From a virus: a DNA stretch of 64,000 bases. The DNA is taken from IMG/VR virus record IMGVR_UViG_3300046002_008519, positions 3,254 to 67,253 of that record. One strand, given 5' to 3'. Positions 29,857-39,761 of the stretch are shown here, piece after piece; within the stretch, counting starts at the first letter, position 1, and every line of letters starts with the position of its first letter. Below the pieces are notes generated by a model that searched no databases, was not told the DNA's origin, and worked only from the letters and a program-made list of their open reading frames with translations. The position numbers were made by a program, and so were the translations under genes.

Positions 29857-30521
29857 TCTCCAACTATCATGGTTTGTGCGATATATGTCAAGTTTGATTT
29901 CTGGTCGGACAAAAAAAAACCGTCGATAAGCTCACCACTATCTGTATCTATAACCCAATCAGGTTCTAACCAATCTAATATATCTCTATGACACGTGGAC
30001 AACACTACATTTTGAATGTCGTTGTTTTTTATATACCTAGATAAAGATACGCTAGCCGCTTTGGCCACGTTTCTATCAACAACACTGGTGTATTCATCGA
30101 TAACAACATTTGATTTAATTTTCCTAGCTAAATCAGCTCTGAATTTTTCACCGTTTGATAAAACATGATAAGGTTTGTACCATGAAGGTACAGAATTAAG
30201 ACCAACGGAGCTTAGTTTGTCCATTCCATCTTCAGGTGTTTCAAAATGTGATATGATTGATTTATTTGAATCCCATATAGGGTTTTCCTCAACACCAAAT
30301 TCTTTTAACATACTAGATTTTCCTGACCCACTTGAGCCAACTATTACACCTACCTTAAAATTTTTTGGTAACGATTCTGGAATTAACCATGGATAAAATT
30401 TTGAAGTACCATCAAACAAACAATCAAAAGCTATTTCACTAGCTGTAATATATTCGTCACGAAGAACACTAGAAGTAAGTGGTTCTTGACTCTTGGTTAA
30501 TTTCTCAATAACTTTTTGCAT
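29832..30521 (-). CDS. ABC-type ATPase (no membrane partner)
   Basis: GSSGSGKS, LSNGEKFR signature, VIDEYTSVVDR, STCH. Confidence 0.88.
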   Translation of the reverse strand: MQKVIEKLTKSQEPLTSSVLRDEYITASEIAFDCLFDGTSKFYPWLIPESLPKNFKVGVIVGSSGSGKSSMLKEFGVEENPIWDSNKSIISHFETPEDGMDKLSSVGLNSVPSWYKPYHVLSNGEKFRADLARKIKSNVVIDEYTSVVDRNVAKAASVSLSRYIKNNDIQNVVLSTCHRDILDWLEPDWVIDTDSGELIDGFFLSDQKSNLTYIAQTMIVGECLGTIII

Positions 30522-30561
30522 AAAACTCTTTATAGTAAATATGTCAAAAAGTCTAAAAAAT

Positions 30562-30597
30562 AAAAGACTAGGGCAGAAAAATCTATCCTAGTCTTTT
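30562..30597 (-). terminator. Intrinsic terminator
   Basis: AAAAGACTAGGG...CCCTAGTCTTTT inverted repeat. Confidence 0.7.
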
Positions 30598-30619
30598 ATA
30601 TTAATTTGTTTTGTTTAAA

Positions 30620-30823
30620 TTATTTACCTTCAGTAAGTCTACTTACTGCTCTTTCTAATCTAGCAATTTTACTCTCCATCAATTTATTTGATGAACTTAG
30701 TTTTTTAGCTTGTTCATTAATCCATTCTTGCTTTTTAACAGCAATAGCTTCATTAACAATATTGTCGATTAAATCAACAAGGTGAGTTTCTTTGATTTTA
30801 ACAGTTTTTTTAATGTTTGACAT
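30620..30823 (-). CDS. Small putative head protein
   Basis: VKIKETHLVDLIDNIVNE leader-like motif; ends LTEGK. Confidence 0.65.
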   Translation of the reverse strand: MSNIKKTVKIKETHLVDLIDNIVNEAIAVKKQEWINEQAKKLSSSNKLMESKIARLERAVSRLTEGK

Positions 30824-30890
30824 GTCTATTTGTTTTTAAAATAAAATCTTATTTTCTAATAAATATGTAGCTAAAACGAAAAAACCTAAT

Positions 30891-31046
30891 TTATTTAATA
30901 AAAATATCCACTAAAAAAATCTTTTTTAAATCTTCTTTGGAGATTTTTTTAATTTCAGCAAATAATTCAACAGCGTTAGCTTCATTCGTCGCTTTGATTG
31001 TGTTAATTACCTCACCTGTTTTTGTTTTTAACGCGTAATGTTTCAT
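30891..31046 (-). CDS. Small hypothetical protein (start MKHYALK)
   Basis: Start re-called to ATG at 31046. Confidence 0.6.
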   Translation of the reverse strand: MKHYALKTKTGEVINTIKATNEANAVELFAEIKKISKEDLKKIFLVDIFIK

Positions 31047-31132
31047 AATGTTTATTTTATGTAAATATACTAAAATTAAAGTAAAAAAACAAATTTTTGT
31101 AAAATTTAAACCAAAAGTTATTAACAAAATTA

Positions 31133-31663
31133 CTAACAAAACTTATCTGCACAATTTGAAGCAGCTGGTGCTGATGGTTTTATCTTGAATTCGTAACCCA
31201 TACCTAGGATGTAACCAACTGATGATTGCAATGCTTTGTTTGACTCCCACTTTGGGTTTGGGTTAATATCTGCGTGAATTTCCAATGGAATTTCATATAC
31301 GTCTAACAACTCAGCAATTTCAGTGGCAACTTCAATTGATTTGCTAACTTCAAAAACCATTCTTTCGTTAACTAATTCTTTATCTCTTAGTTTAGGGTTT
31401 TCAGTTTTTTTCGTAAAATTATGTGTATAAGTTGAAGCGACAATCATCCCACCGCGACCAACAATAACACCACCACCTAAATCCTCAGTAGTTGTAATAA
31501 GAATAACAGTTGCTAACTTATAAAGAGTTTTGCTAATTTTTTGTGAATCAGTTCCAATTGAAACTTTCATAATTCTATTTTTTTCTAATTGTTCATCAAA
31601 CAATTTTTCCAAGTAATCTACTAAATTTCCTTCAATTAACTTGTTGTTTCTTTTCCATACCAT
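31133..31663 (-). CDS. RNase H-like YkuK-family protein
   Basis: SIGTDSQ, ERMVFEVSKS, LEIHADIN, IKP...ASNCAD. Confidence 0.85.
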   Translation of the reverse strand: MVWKRNNKLIEGNLVDYLEKLFDEQLEKNRIMKVSIGTDSQKISKTLYKLATVILITTTEDLGGGVIVGRGGMIVASTYTHNFTKKTENPKLRDKELVNERMVFEVSKSIEVATEIAELLDVYEIPLEIHADINPNPKWESNKALQSSVGYILGMGYEFKIKPSAPAASNCADKFC

Positions 31664-31682
31664 AACATTTGTTTTTATTTAT

Positions 31683-31710
31683 AAAAAAAGGTCCCAATTG
31701 GGACCTTTTT
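31683..31710 (-). terminator. Intrinsic terminator
   Basis: AAAAGGTCCC-AATT-GGGACCTTTT palindrome. Confidence 0.8.
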
Positions 31711-31713
31711 ACT

Positions 31714-33108
31714 TTAACTAAAATTTGTTGTTGGTAACAACTCTTTTAGTTTGTTGTAATTTTTCTCCCCTATAGCGTCTTTATCGACAACTATACGATA
31801 TAACGACCCTCCGTTAGTTTTATCTAAATTAGAAATTTCATTCGGTATAGTTTCAATACTATTACCTTTGATATTTAAAAATTCTAATTTTTTTAATTTG
31901 CCAATTTCAATCGGTAAAGACGTAAGTTTATTATTGGCCAATACTAGCATACATAAATTACTCAATTCCCCAATAGATGGGTGTAGTTCTTTTAATTTTG
32001 CCCCAGTAATAATAATCTGGTCCAAGTGTTTAAATTTAGAAATGTTAGGTAACATTGGCACGTCACGGTCCATAAATTTAATAATCGGTGTATTCTCCTC
32101 CAACAATTCAAATAACGTTTCAGCAAAACCAAATTTTAATAAATAATCCAAATAAGGGTTTGATTTTATTGTTTTTTTCTGTTTAGCTAAAATTGTTAAT
32201 TCTTCTTTAAAGAAATTGGCAACCCCTTCACTCTCAGCGATAACATTTTCAAAAATGCTAACGTTTTGACCATTTTTTCTATCTTTTAATTGGTTAGTTT
32301 CGAAATGAATTTGAAAAATTTCATCAGACTCACCAGAAAAAAACTTATTGTTTATTATAACATATAGTTTAGAAATCTCACCATTTGGTCTTTTATGGTT
32401 TTCAGTATAACTTTTAAACATACCATTACCCTCTCTGGCGGTACACCAGTTAGCATATTTTGAAAACACCACTGAAGCTTCAGTCGTTAACGGAACGTAA
32501 ACGGTGAATTTTCTATCCTTAACAGGTATGTATGCTTTTCCTAAATCTGCAAATTTCATAATAGTTCTTTCAATTACACTAGGGTCTTTTTCAATGAACG
32601 GGTCAACCGCGTCAAATAATTGTGATAAAGACTTGTATTGGTTAATATCTGTTGGGTCGTTAACTCCTTTCAATGAGTAACTACCAACACATAAATCTTT
32701 AAATTTTTTCTTTCTTTTATTATCTTCAAAAATACCTAAATATGTTTCAGCTTGAGGTAAATCTTCTCCAACTAAACGAATTCCGTAAGCTTGTGATTTA
32801 ACATCTTTCATAAAACGAGAAAACATATTAAGCATCCATTGGACATATATTTTATTATTGGTAGGGTCAGCCGAAATCATCTCCGAAAAAACATCCATAC
32901 AAACACTAACTTTTTTTATAATACGCTCTTTTTCGTTTACCTTTGAAGACACTAAAGCTATTATGTTTTCTTCATAGTAAATAGTTTGAACTTCATACTT
33001 ATCTTGTACCAACCCAGAAATCTTTTTCTCAACTTCTTTAGAGGAACAATCAAAAACATCGAATGTTTCAGCCAAAAATACCAACCTATCTGTTAAACCT
33101 TTTTTCAT
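31714..33108 (-). CDS. PcfJ/GNAT-like (WCTA) domain fused to leucine-rich repeats
   Basis: PLTTEASVVFSKYANWCTA...MFKSY...LYVII...FQIHFETNQLKD; LPIEIGKLKKLEFLNIKGNSIETIP LRRs. Confidence 0.75.
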   Translation of the reverse strand: MKKGLTDRLVFLAETFDVFDCSSKEVEKKISGLVQDKYEVQTIYYEENIIALVSSKVNEKERIIKKVSVCMDVFSEMISADPTNNKIYVQWMLNMFSRFMKDVKSQAYGIRLVGEDLPQAETYLGIFEDNKRKKKFKDLCVGSYSLKGVNDPTDINQYKSLSQLFDAVDPFIEKDPSVIERTIMKFADLGKAYIPVKDRKFTVYVPLTTEASVVFSKYANWCTAREGNGMFKSYTENHKRPNGEISKLYVIINNKFFSGESDEIFQIHFETNQLKDRKNGQNVSIFENVIAESEGVANFFKEELTILAKQKKTIKSNPYLDYLLKFGFAETLFELLEENTPIIKFMDRDVPMLPNISKFKHLDQIIITGAKLKELHPSIGELSNLCMLVLANNKLTSLPIEIGKLKKLEFLNIKGNSIETIPNEISNLDKTNGGSLYRIVVDKDAIGEKNYNKLKELLPTTNFS

Positions 33109-33160
33109 AACTTTAATTTATCACACAAACATACTAAAATTATTTCAATAAGGCAATAAA

Positions 33161-33499
33161 TTAAAAGAATTTTCCATAAAAATCTTCCTCCAAATATTCT
33201 TCAACTCGTCTTTTTAAAAACCAAACTACACCATCAACACTATCAGAATATCTATTTATCATATCCAATATTACTTTATTGGTGTTTTCACCATCAGTCA
33301 TTCTGTATTTTAATTCCTTTAAAACATTTTTATGACCTTGTTTTAGTAAGTTTTCCACTATTAAACCATATGTCTCCCATTTTATTTCTTCTTCTTCATT
33401 TAAATCATTTAATAAATAATTTATATGTTCATAATATAGTTTGTCTAACCTACTTTTCTTAGTCTGACAAGTGGTTACTAAAAAATTATTAACTTCCAT
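33161..33499 (-). CDS. Hypothetical protein, paralog of 33645..33968
   Basis: LKELKYRMTDGENTNKVILDMI; start re-called at 33499. Confidence 0.7.
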   Translation of the reverse strand: MEVNNFLVTTCQTKKSRLDKLYYEHINYLLNDLNEEEEIKWETYGLIVENLLKQGHKNVLKELKYRMTDGENTNKVILDMINRYSDSVDGVVWFLKRRVEEYLEEDFYGKFF

Positions 33500-33644
33500 C
33501 AATCTACAATTTATAAAAATGTTATTTACTAATAAATATCTTAAAGATTTCATTTATATCTAACTATTAATATATTTTATGATAAATTAATATTGAAATA
33601 AATTATTGAAAATCAAATAGTTATATAAATAATTGAATACCAAT

Positions 33645-33968
33645 TCAGTATAAATTTTTTATTTTTTCGTACAACCTTTTTAGCTCTGTGGAGGTGTCTT
33701 TTATTTCAAATATAACCTCAATACATACATCATTTGGGTTTGAATCGTCGGTTAATTTGTATTGGAGTTCTTTTAATTTAAGGGTATTTTGTATACTATT
33801 TTTTAATTCTAAAACTACTTGATTATAAGTTGCCCACGCTTCTTTTATTTTTGTTGAACCACTGATTAAGTTCTCGGTTAAAACTTCTTCGTATCTATGT
33901 TCTAAATACGTTTCAAATTCACCATAGTGTTCTCTTAAAACTTTTCGTATTTTAGGTTTTAGGTCCAT
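33645..33968 (-). CDS. Hypothetical protein with IRKVLRE leader
   Basis: MDLKPKIRKVLRE; LKELQYKLTDDSNPNDVCIEVI. Confidence 0.7.
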   Translation of the reverse strand: MDLKPKIRKVLREHYGEFETYLEHRYEEVLTENLISGSTKIKEAWATYNQVVLELKNSIQNTLKLKELQYKLTDDSNPNDVCIEVIFEIKDTSTELKRLYEKIKNLY

Positions 33969-33970
33969 GA

Positions 33971-34312
33971 TTATCGCATAGAGACATGTTTAGATAACAT
34001 ATAATCTTCACCAATGTTACCAGAAACCCAATCTTTGATTACTTGTTTAGTAAATACTTCACTCAAACCAAACTTATAAAGCATATATTCATATACTTGT
34101 TTAGGTGAAACCAACTCTTCGTCAGCGTTAACTTTAAACATTGTTTTCCCAAAATATTCCCCACCTTCACGAACGTAATTTTCCGTCGGTGTGTAGTTAG
34201 CATCTAAAAAATTTTTCATTTCTTTTACCATTCTGGCATGCATAGAATTTTCAGATAAAATAGTTTTTACCTTGTTAAATTGAGATTCCGTAATTATTAA
34301 TTTAGTCTTCAT
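33971..34312 (-). CDS. Hypothetical protein with KLIITESQ...ILSE leader
   Basis: Start re-called at 34312, directly after ATATTTAT motif. Confidence 0.7.
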   Translation of the reverse strand: MKTKLIITESQFNKVKTILSENSMHARMVKEMKNFLDANYTPTENYVREGGEYFGKTMFKVNADEELVSPKQVYEYMLYKFGLSEVFTKQVIKDWVSGNIGEDYMLSKHVSMR

Positions 34313-34383
34313 ATCTATAAATATTTGTAAAACAAAAAAAGGTTCAGAAAACCGAACCTTTTTACGTAACAAATAAACTAATA

Positions 34384-34701
34384 TTACAACAAACCGTTAA
34401 TGATTGTTTGAAATTCTGATTTTGACCCAACCCCAACTTTCCTAGTTTGTTCTTCACCATCTTTGAAAATGATAACAGTAGGTATACCTCTAACACCATA
34501 TTTTACAGCTAATTCTTGATTTTCTTCAACGTTAACTTTTGCGATTGTAACATCTTTACCAACGTTATCTTCATTTAATTCATCGATAATTGGTCCTAAC
34601 ATTCTACACGGGCCGCACCATGGTGCCCAAAAATCTAAAACTGTTACTTTTTTTTGTTTTAACGTTTCATTTACGTTACTTTGGTTTAATTCTAAAGCCA
34701 T
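34384..34701 (-). CDS. trxA: Thioredoxin
   Basis: LDFWAPWCGPC, GIPT. Confidence 0.95.
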   Translation of the reverse strand: MALELNQSNVNETLKQKKVTVLDFWAPWCGPCRMLGPIIDELNEDNVGKDVTIAKVNVEENQELAVKYGVRGIPTVIIFKDGEEQTRKVGVGSKSEFQTIINGLL

Positions 34702-34760
34702 TTACTTATTTTTAAAAAATTGTTATAATTATAAATATAATTTCAAACACCCAAAAATAA

Positions 34761-35015
34761 ATGTCAGACGAAAGAATTTTATATAAATTTTTAAAATATG
34801 AATTAACCAACGAACACCCAGCAGTTTACTTATATTGCGTTGGTCAAAAAAGAAGTCAAAAAACTGCGATTGATAATGCTGTAAAAATAGTTGGTAATTT
34901 ATTTTGTCCACCTTATACAATTGAGTTTATAAAAACCACAATAGTTAACTTTTTGGAATATAAAAAGTTAGAATATAAAAAAGGCAATATTAATATCACA
35001 CCTATTTACCAATAA
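34761..35015 (+). CDS. Hypothetical protein
   Basis: 84-aa ORF. Confidence 0.6.
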   Translation: MSDERILYKFLKYELTNEHPAVYLYCVGQKRSQKTAIDNAVKIVGNLFCPPYTIEFIKTTIVNFLEYKKLEYKKGNINITPIYQ

Positions 35016-35322
35016 ATAAAAATGGGTTAGAACTAATCATAACTCTAATATACCTTTCGTATTCACCAATTTCATCGACATCAAACTTAAAAAACGCTTT
35101 AACGTATTTTACAGCGTCTTCATTTTTAAGACCGTATATCAATGTTACCTCATTAACAATTTCAACCAATAACAATTTTTCACCATTATCCAACATATTG
35201 TATTCAAATGATAAACCTATCTTTTTACAAAAGCTTGTATACATTGAATATTTAGTTTTTTTAAACAATTCAAATGATTTTTCAGCAATCGTCAATAAGA
35301 TATAATTGTTAAGTTTTGACAT
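35002..35322 (-). CDS. Hypothetical protein
   Basis: 106-aa ORF. Confidence 0.6.
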   Translation of the reverse strand: MSKLNNYILLTIAEKSFELFKKTKYSMYTSFCKKIGLSFEYNMLDNGEKLLLVEIVNEVTLIYGLKNEDAVKYVKAFFKFDVDEIGEYERYIRVMISSNPFLFIGK

Positions 35323-35385
35323 CTTTATTTTTTGTAAAGATACGATTTATTATCATATTAAACAATATTTATAATAAAAAGCATA

Positions 35386-35628
35386 ATGACAAAAAAAGAC
35401 TTAGAACTGATTCAAAAATATTTGAATAGGAATTACCCAGTTCAAAGATTAAAATACGATGGTAAGTTTAAAAGAGCTATTTTATTTGACAATGGAAGAA
35501 CTTATTTGTTATCAAACAAAAACGACAAACCTTACTTGAAAAAAGAAATGATTACAGCGATTGAAACAATATTTGGTTTTAATTCAGAAGAAACTAATTT
35601 ATTGGTCTCACAATATCTTAAATATTAA
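35386..35628 (+). CDS. Hypothetical protein
   Basis: 80-aa ORF preceded by ATATTTAT motif. Confidence 0.65.
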   Translation: MTKKDLELIQKYLNRNYPVQRLKYDGKFKRAILFDNGRTYLLSNKNDKPYLKKEMITAIETIFGFNSEETNLLVSQYLKY

Positions 35629-35673
35629 TTTGACTTATTTAAATTTTATTCTTATTTTTATAAAAAAAAACAC

Positions 35674-36126
35674 ATGGCAAATTTAAACTTTATTGAAGAT
35701 TTAAAATTAGGTAATGAAGGTGAAGAATTACTCGCTGACTATTTAATTAAAAATGGTTCAACATTTATTGATTCAAACAAAGATAATCGTTATGATATCA
35801 AAATGTTAAACAAAAATAAAGAGTTAACCTACGAAGTTAAAACAGATGTAAAATGCGCACCTCTTTTTGATACTGGTAACATTTTTATAGAATTTGAATC
35901 TAGAGGAAAAGCATCTGGCGTTAGCGTAACACAATCAGATTGGTTTGTAACTTATTTTTTATACTTAAATGAATTATGGTTTATTAAATCAAAGGATTTA
36001 AAACAACTTATAGAAAACAATGATTTTCAAAAATATTATAACGCTGGTGATATCGGTAGCAATACCCACGGTTACCTAATAAAAAGAAAAGATTTCAAAA
36101 AATATTTTCATGTCCGTAAAATCTAA
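35674..36126 (+). CDS. PD-(D/E)xK nuclease-like protein
   Basis: GNEGE...YDI...YEVKTD...TGNIFIE...SG...SDW. Confidence 0.75.
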   Translation: MANLNFIEDLKLGNEGEELLADYLIKNGSTFIDSNKDNRYDIKMLNKNKELTYEVKTDVKCAPLFDTGNIFIEFESRGKASGVSVTQSDWFVTYFLYLNELWFIKSKDLKQLIENNDFQKYYNAGDIGSNTHGYLIKRKDFKKYFHVRKI

Positions 36127-36739
36127 ACCAAAACTTACAATAGAACTTGTACCAAAAACATGCCACTTCTCAAATGTGAGAACATGTGTGTCAACATCTG
36201 AGTGGGATAAAATACGAAAATTATCATATGCTTCAGCAAATAATAAATGTGAAATATGTGGTAGTGATGGTTTAGAACAAGGATATAAACATAGGGTTGA
36301 GTGTCATGAAATATGGGAATATGACGATAAAAACCACATACAAACACTTGGTGGTCTTATCAGTTTGTGCCCAACATGTCATCAAGTAAAACACATCGGC
36401 CGAGCCATAGCTATCGGGAAAGAAAAAGATTGTTTTAATCAAATGGCGAAGGTTAACAAGTGGACACCACAACAAATACAAGAACACATCGTAGAGTCAT
36501 TTAAACTACATAAGACGCGTTCAAAACATAAATGGGGGTTAGACCTTAGCTTGCTTTCAAAAGACCCTTATAACATCGAATTAAAAGAAAATACGGAAAG
36601 AATTTTCGAAGTTAAAAAATACAAAAAGGTTAAAAAGAAAAAAGACCCGAACGCTCCAAAGAAAATTCACCCAAAAGCCAAAATAGCTGCAGTGCTTAAA
36701 CCCAAGAAACCAACCAACAAAAGACCACCAAAAAAATAA
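36110..36739 (+). CDS. HNH endonuclease family protein
   Basis: CEICG...ECHEIW...LCPTCHQVKH; basic Lys/Pro tail. Confidence 0.8.
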   Translation: MSVKSKPKLTIELVPKTCHFSNVRTCVSTSEWDKIRKLSYASANNKCEICGSDGLEQGYKHRVECHEIWEYDDKNHIQTLGGLISLCPTCHQVKHIGRAIAIGKEKDCFNQMAKVNKWTPQQIQEHIVESFKLHKTRSKHKWGLDLSLLSKDPYNIELKENTERIFEVKKYKKVKKKKDPNAPKKIHPKAKIAAVLKPKKPTNKRPPKK

Positions 36740-36778
36740 GTTTTTAAGTGTGTTGGGATATTTATAATAAAAAAAAGT

Positions 36779-37936
36779 ATGAAGAGTTTAATTAAACAAC
36801 TACTTAGAGAGAATTTATTATTAGAAGGAGAAATATTACCATATAAAGAAGGTTATAGAAATGATGATGGAACAGATTTATCGTCAATAAATTATACTTT
36901 TATTGCAAATGGAATAAAATATAGTGTTCATATTGGTAATGAGGGAAAAAATAGATTTGGCGAATTTGAAGCATCTTTTAGTGTCCCTAATCAAAAACAT
37001 AGTGCACATAGAACTAGTTTAGATTTAAAACACTTAAATAATGTTTTGGAAACGGTAACAGCAATAATTGATGAAGCTGTAAAAAAATATAAATTAAGAA
37101 CAATAAAAATAGAAGGTGCTCGTGATGAATATGATGCTGATAGATTTAAAGGCGACACACTTAGAACCAAACTATATCTTAGACAAGTATCTAGACACTA
37201 TCCAAAAGAAGCTATTACAAAAACTTTAGATTGGATATATATTGACATGACAAAAGTTTATCCAGATTTATTTTCAGATTTAGTTAAAATGGATACACTA
37301 CTTGAATTATTAGCACAAATTAGTGATGAATATGATTTTACTGATGACTTAAATAATAATATGGTTAGTGGTGAAAATGACGACTCATTTTATATAGGAG
37401 GTGATTATTTAGTAAATTCTAATTTAGGTCAATTTACTGTTGAAATTCAAGTTCAAGCTCGTATGAAAGAATACAGTATTGACTGGTCAATTGATGATAC
37501 TAATGAAAATGGGTATAAATCATTTGATAATTTTAAATCGTTGGTTAATTACATTAAAGAAATATTTTTAACACCTAGAGAACAAACACCACAAGAAGTA
37601 CCAGAAGAAGAATTTATAGGTACACAAGCATTAATTGCTGTGGGGAACAAACTAAGAACCATGGGTTATGACGTTAAAACTATGAAAGCAGATAATCCAC
37701 AACAACTAATACCAGATGTTCCACAACAAGATAATACAATATCTTTAATCCATATGGAAGATGATGAAGAATTTTATATCTATTTTATGGTTAACGATTT
37801 AAAATGTCGTATAATATACGATAAAGAAGAAAAAACATACTGGTTTAATATGTTTGAAAATTTTGAACAAAGAGATGATGAAATAGTATCCAAATACTAT
37901 CAATCAATAGAAGAATTATTAAACGATATAAAATAA
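36779..37936 (+). CDS. Hypothetical protein with IKQLLRE leader
   Basis: MKSLIKQLLRENLLLE; ATATTTAT upstream. Confidence 0.75.
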   Translation: MKSLIKQLLRENLLLEGEILPYKEGYRNDDGTDLSSINYTFIANGIKYSVHIGNEGKNRFGEFEASFSVPNQKHSAHRTSLDLKHLNNVLETVTAIIDEAVKKYKLRTIKIEGARDEYDADRFKGDTLRTKLYLRQVSRHYPKEAITKTLDWIYIDMTKVYPDLFSDLVKMDTLLELLAQISDEYDFTDDLNNNMVSGENDDSFYIGGDYLVNSNLGQFTVEIQVQARMKEYSIDWSIDDTNENGYKSFDNFKSLVNYIKEIFLTPREQTPQEVPEEEFIGTQALIAVGNKLRTMGYDVKTMKADNPQQLIPDVPQQDNTISLIHMEDDEEFYIYFMVNDLKCRIIYDKEEKTYWFNMFENFEQRDDEIVSKYYQSIEELLNDIK

Positions 37937-37938
37937 AT

Positions 37939-38658
37939 CTAGTAGTTAATTATTTTCCATTTACCTTTATGCGTTTCAACCAAAGCTGTGTTTGATTCAA
38001 CCCAATCACCAGAATTCATATATATAATTCCATCAACCTCTCTAATCTCAGCTTTGTGAATATGGCCGCAAATAACACCATCACATTCAAGTGACCTAGC
38101 GTGTGTTACCATGTGATTTTCAAAATCACCAATAAAATTTGTGGCTGTTTTTACACTGGCTTTTATTTTTTGTGACAAAGAAAAATATGGCAACCCTCTA
38201 TATGTTCTGTATTTGTTGTACCATTTATTTATCCAAAGAGTCATATCATAACCCACAGAACCAATCTTGGCCAACCAACTCCATTTGCCAACAAAAACAT
38301 CAAAAATATCACCATGCAAAATCAAATACTTGTTTTTGTCCAAACCTCTATATTCCATGCTTTCTCGTAACATTATCTTGCCAAAATCAAATGGGATAAA
38401 ATCATATAAAAAATCATCATGATTGCCCCTTATCCAATAAACTGTGGATGATTTAGATAACTTCATTAACTTTCTAACACATTTCATGTGCTCGTCGGTC
38501 CAAACTCCACCACGCTTCAAAGCCCAACCATCGATAATGTCACCATTAAGAATAATAGTTTCTGCGGTGTTTTTTGTTAAAAAATCTGTAACGTTTTTGG
38601 CTCTAGAATATCTTGAACCTAAATGAATGTCTGATAGTATAATTGTTTTATATTTCAT
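37939..38658 (-). CDS. Metallophosphoesterase, LpxH-like (UDP-2,3-diacylglucosamine diphosphatase family)
   Basis: SDIHLG, GDIIDGW, GNHD, HGD, CGHIH, NSGDW; ATGA overlap with GT gene. Confidence 0.88.
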   Translation of the reverse strand: MKYKTIILSDIHLGSRYSRAKNVTDFLTKNTAETIILNGDIIDGWALKRGGVWTDEHMKCVRKLMKLSKSSTVYWIRGNHDDFLYDFIPFDFGKIMLRESMEYRGLDKNKYLILHGDIFDVFVGKWSWLAKIGSVGYDMTLWINKWYNKYRTYRGLPYFSLSQKIKASVKTATNFIGDFENHMVTHARSLECDGVICGHIHKAEIREVDGIIYMNSGDWVESNTALVETHKGKWKIINY

Positions 38659-39359
38659 AACCAATAACCGATGTCTTTCTTAAAATAATCTTTATTATTT
38701 TTTTTAAACATATTCTTAACAAAATACATTACCATATTCAAATAACCCATTTTCTTGAATCTTCTATCATCAGTATAAACATACTTATTAACAAGCTTAA
38801 ACTTTTTACGATTGATTTCTTTGCTTAGAAAATAATCTTCACAATGCATCAGCTCTTCATCAAAACCACCCAATTCAAAAAACTTGTCTTTATTTATCAT
38901 AAAGTAAGTTCCAACAACAAATGGTTTATCTAACTTTGAAAATCTAATAACTCCGTTGCAGAAAAAATAAATCACCCTAACAAAAAAGTTATGTTCGATA
39001 TTCAACATACAACCTAACAACTCATACTTTTTTTTCCTAAATTTTCTAAATGAATGTTTTATTATGTTGCTATCTTTAAAATAAGCGTCAGCGTCAATAA
39101 ATAATAATATACTACCTTTGGCAGCCATGGCACCCAAATTCCTACCAACACTAGGTAACCCACCATCGATTACTGTTAGATTATTAAGTTTATTTTTGTA
39201 GTTATCGATTATAGATAACGTCGAATCAGTTGACCCAGCGTCAGCAATTATAACCTCGTAAATGTCTGTTAGATTTTGTAAAACCAAACTATCCAACAGT
39301 TTACCAATGTAAGTTTCTTCATTCTTACAAGGTATGATAATTGATACTAGTATTCCCAT
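38655..39359 (-). CDS. Glycosyltransferase family 2
   Basis: SIIIPCKNE, DAGSTD, GRNLGA, LLFIDAD, GGFDE...ED. Confidence 0.92.
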   Translation of the reverse strand: MGILVSIIIPCKNEETYIGKLLDSLVLQNLTDIYEVIIADAGSTDSTLSIIDNYKNKLNNLTVIDGGLPSVGRNLGAMAAKGSILLFIDADAYFKDSNIIKHSFRKFRKKKYELLGCMLNIEHNFFVRVIYFFCNGVIRFSKLDKPFVVGTYFMINKDKFFELGGFDEELMHCEDYFLSKEINRKKFKLVNKYVYTDDRRFKKMGYLNMVMYFVKNMFKKNNKDYFKKDIGYWL

Positions 39360-39371
39360 ACTAATAAATAT

Positions 39372-39710
39372 TTAGTTTTTCTTTAATCTCTCCATAAATT
39401 TTTTCATCACATCATTATCAACCGTCAATAACTTATATTTTTCAGTTCTGTTACCAGTAACCGAATCCCATGCAATAAGACACTCATGACATTGAAAGTG
39501 TGCGTTCATTCCATCCCATGCTTGTGAATCCGAAGGTTCAATTTTGATTAGCTTGCTAATGTGTTTTTTATTCTCCGATGTCCAACCATATTCTTTTATT
39601 ACCAACTTATCTGTAATAAAATCTATCACCTCACCTTTATCCCAAGATGCTTTGCATTCTGGACAGTTGCTACAATAATTTTTCTCGTCAATAATGTATT
39701 TTTCAGTCAT
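39372..39710 (-). CDS. Putative Zn-finger protein
   Basis: CPEC...CHEC. Confidence 0.65.
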   Translation of the reverse strand: MTEKYIIDEKNYCSNCPECKASWDKGEVIDFITDKLVIKEYGWTSENKKHISKLIKIEPSDSQAWDGMNAHFQCHECLIAWDSVTGNRTEKYKLLTVDNDVMKKFMERLKKN

Positions 39711-39761
39711 ATTTTACGTTTTTACCATATTACTAAATATTTATCATTAAATCCACATTAA

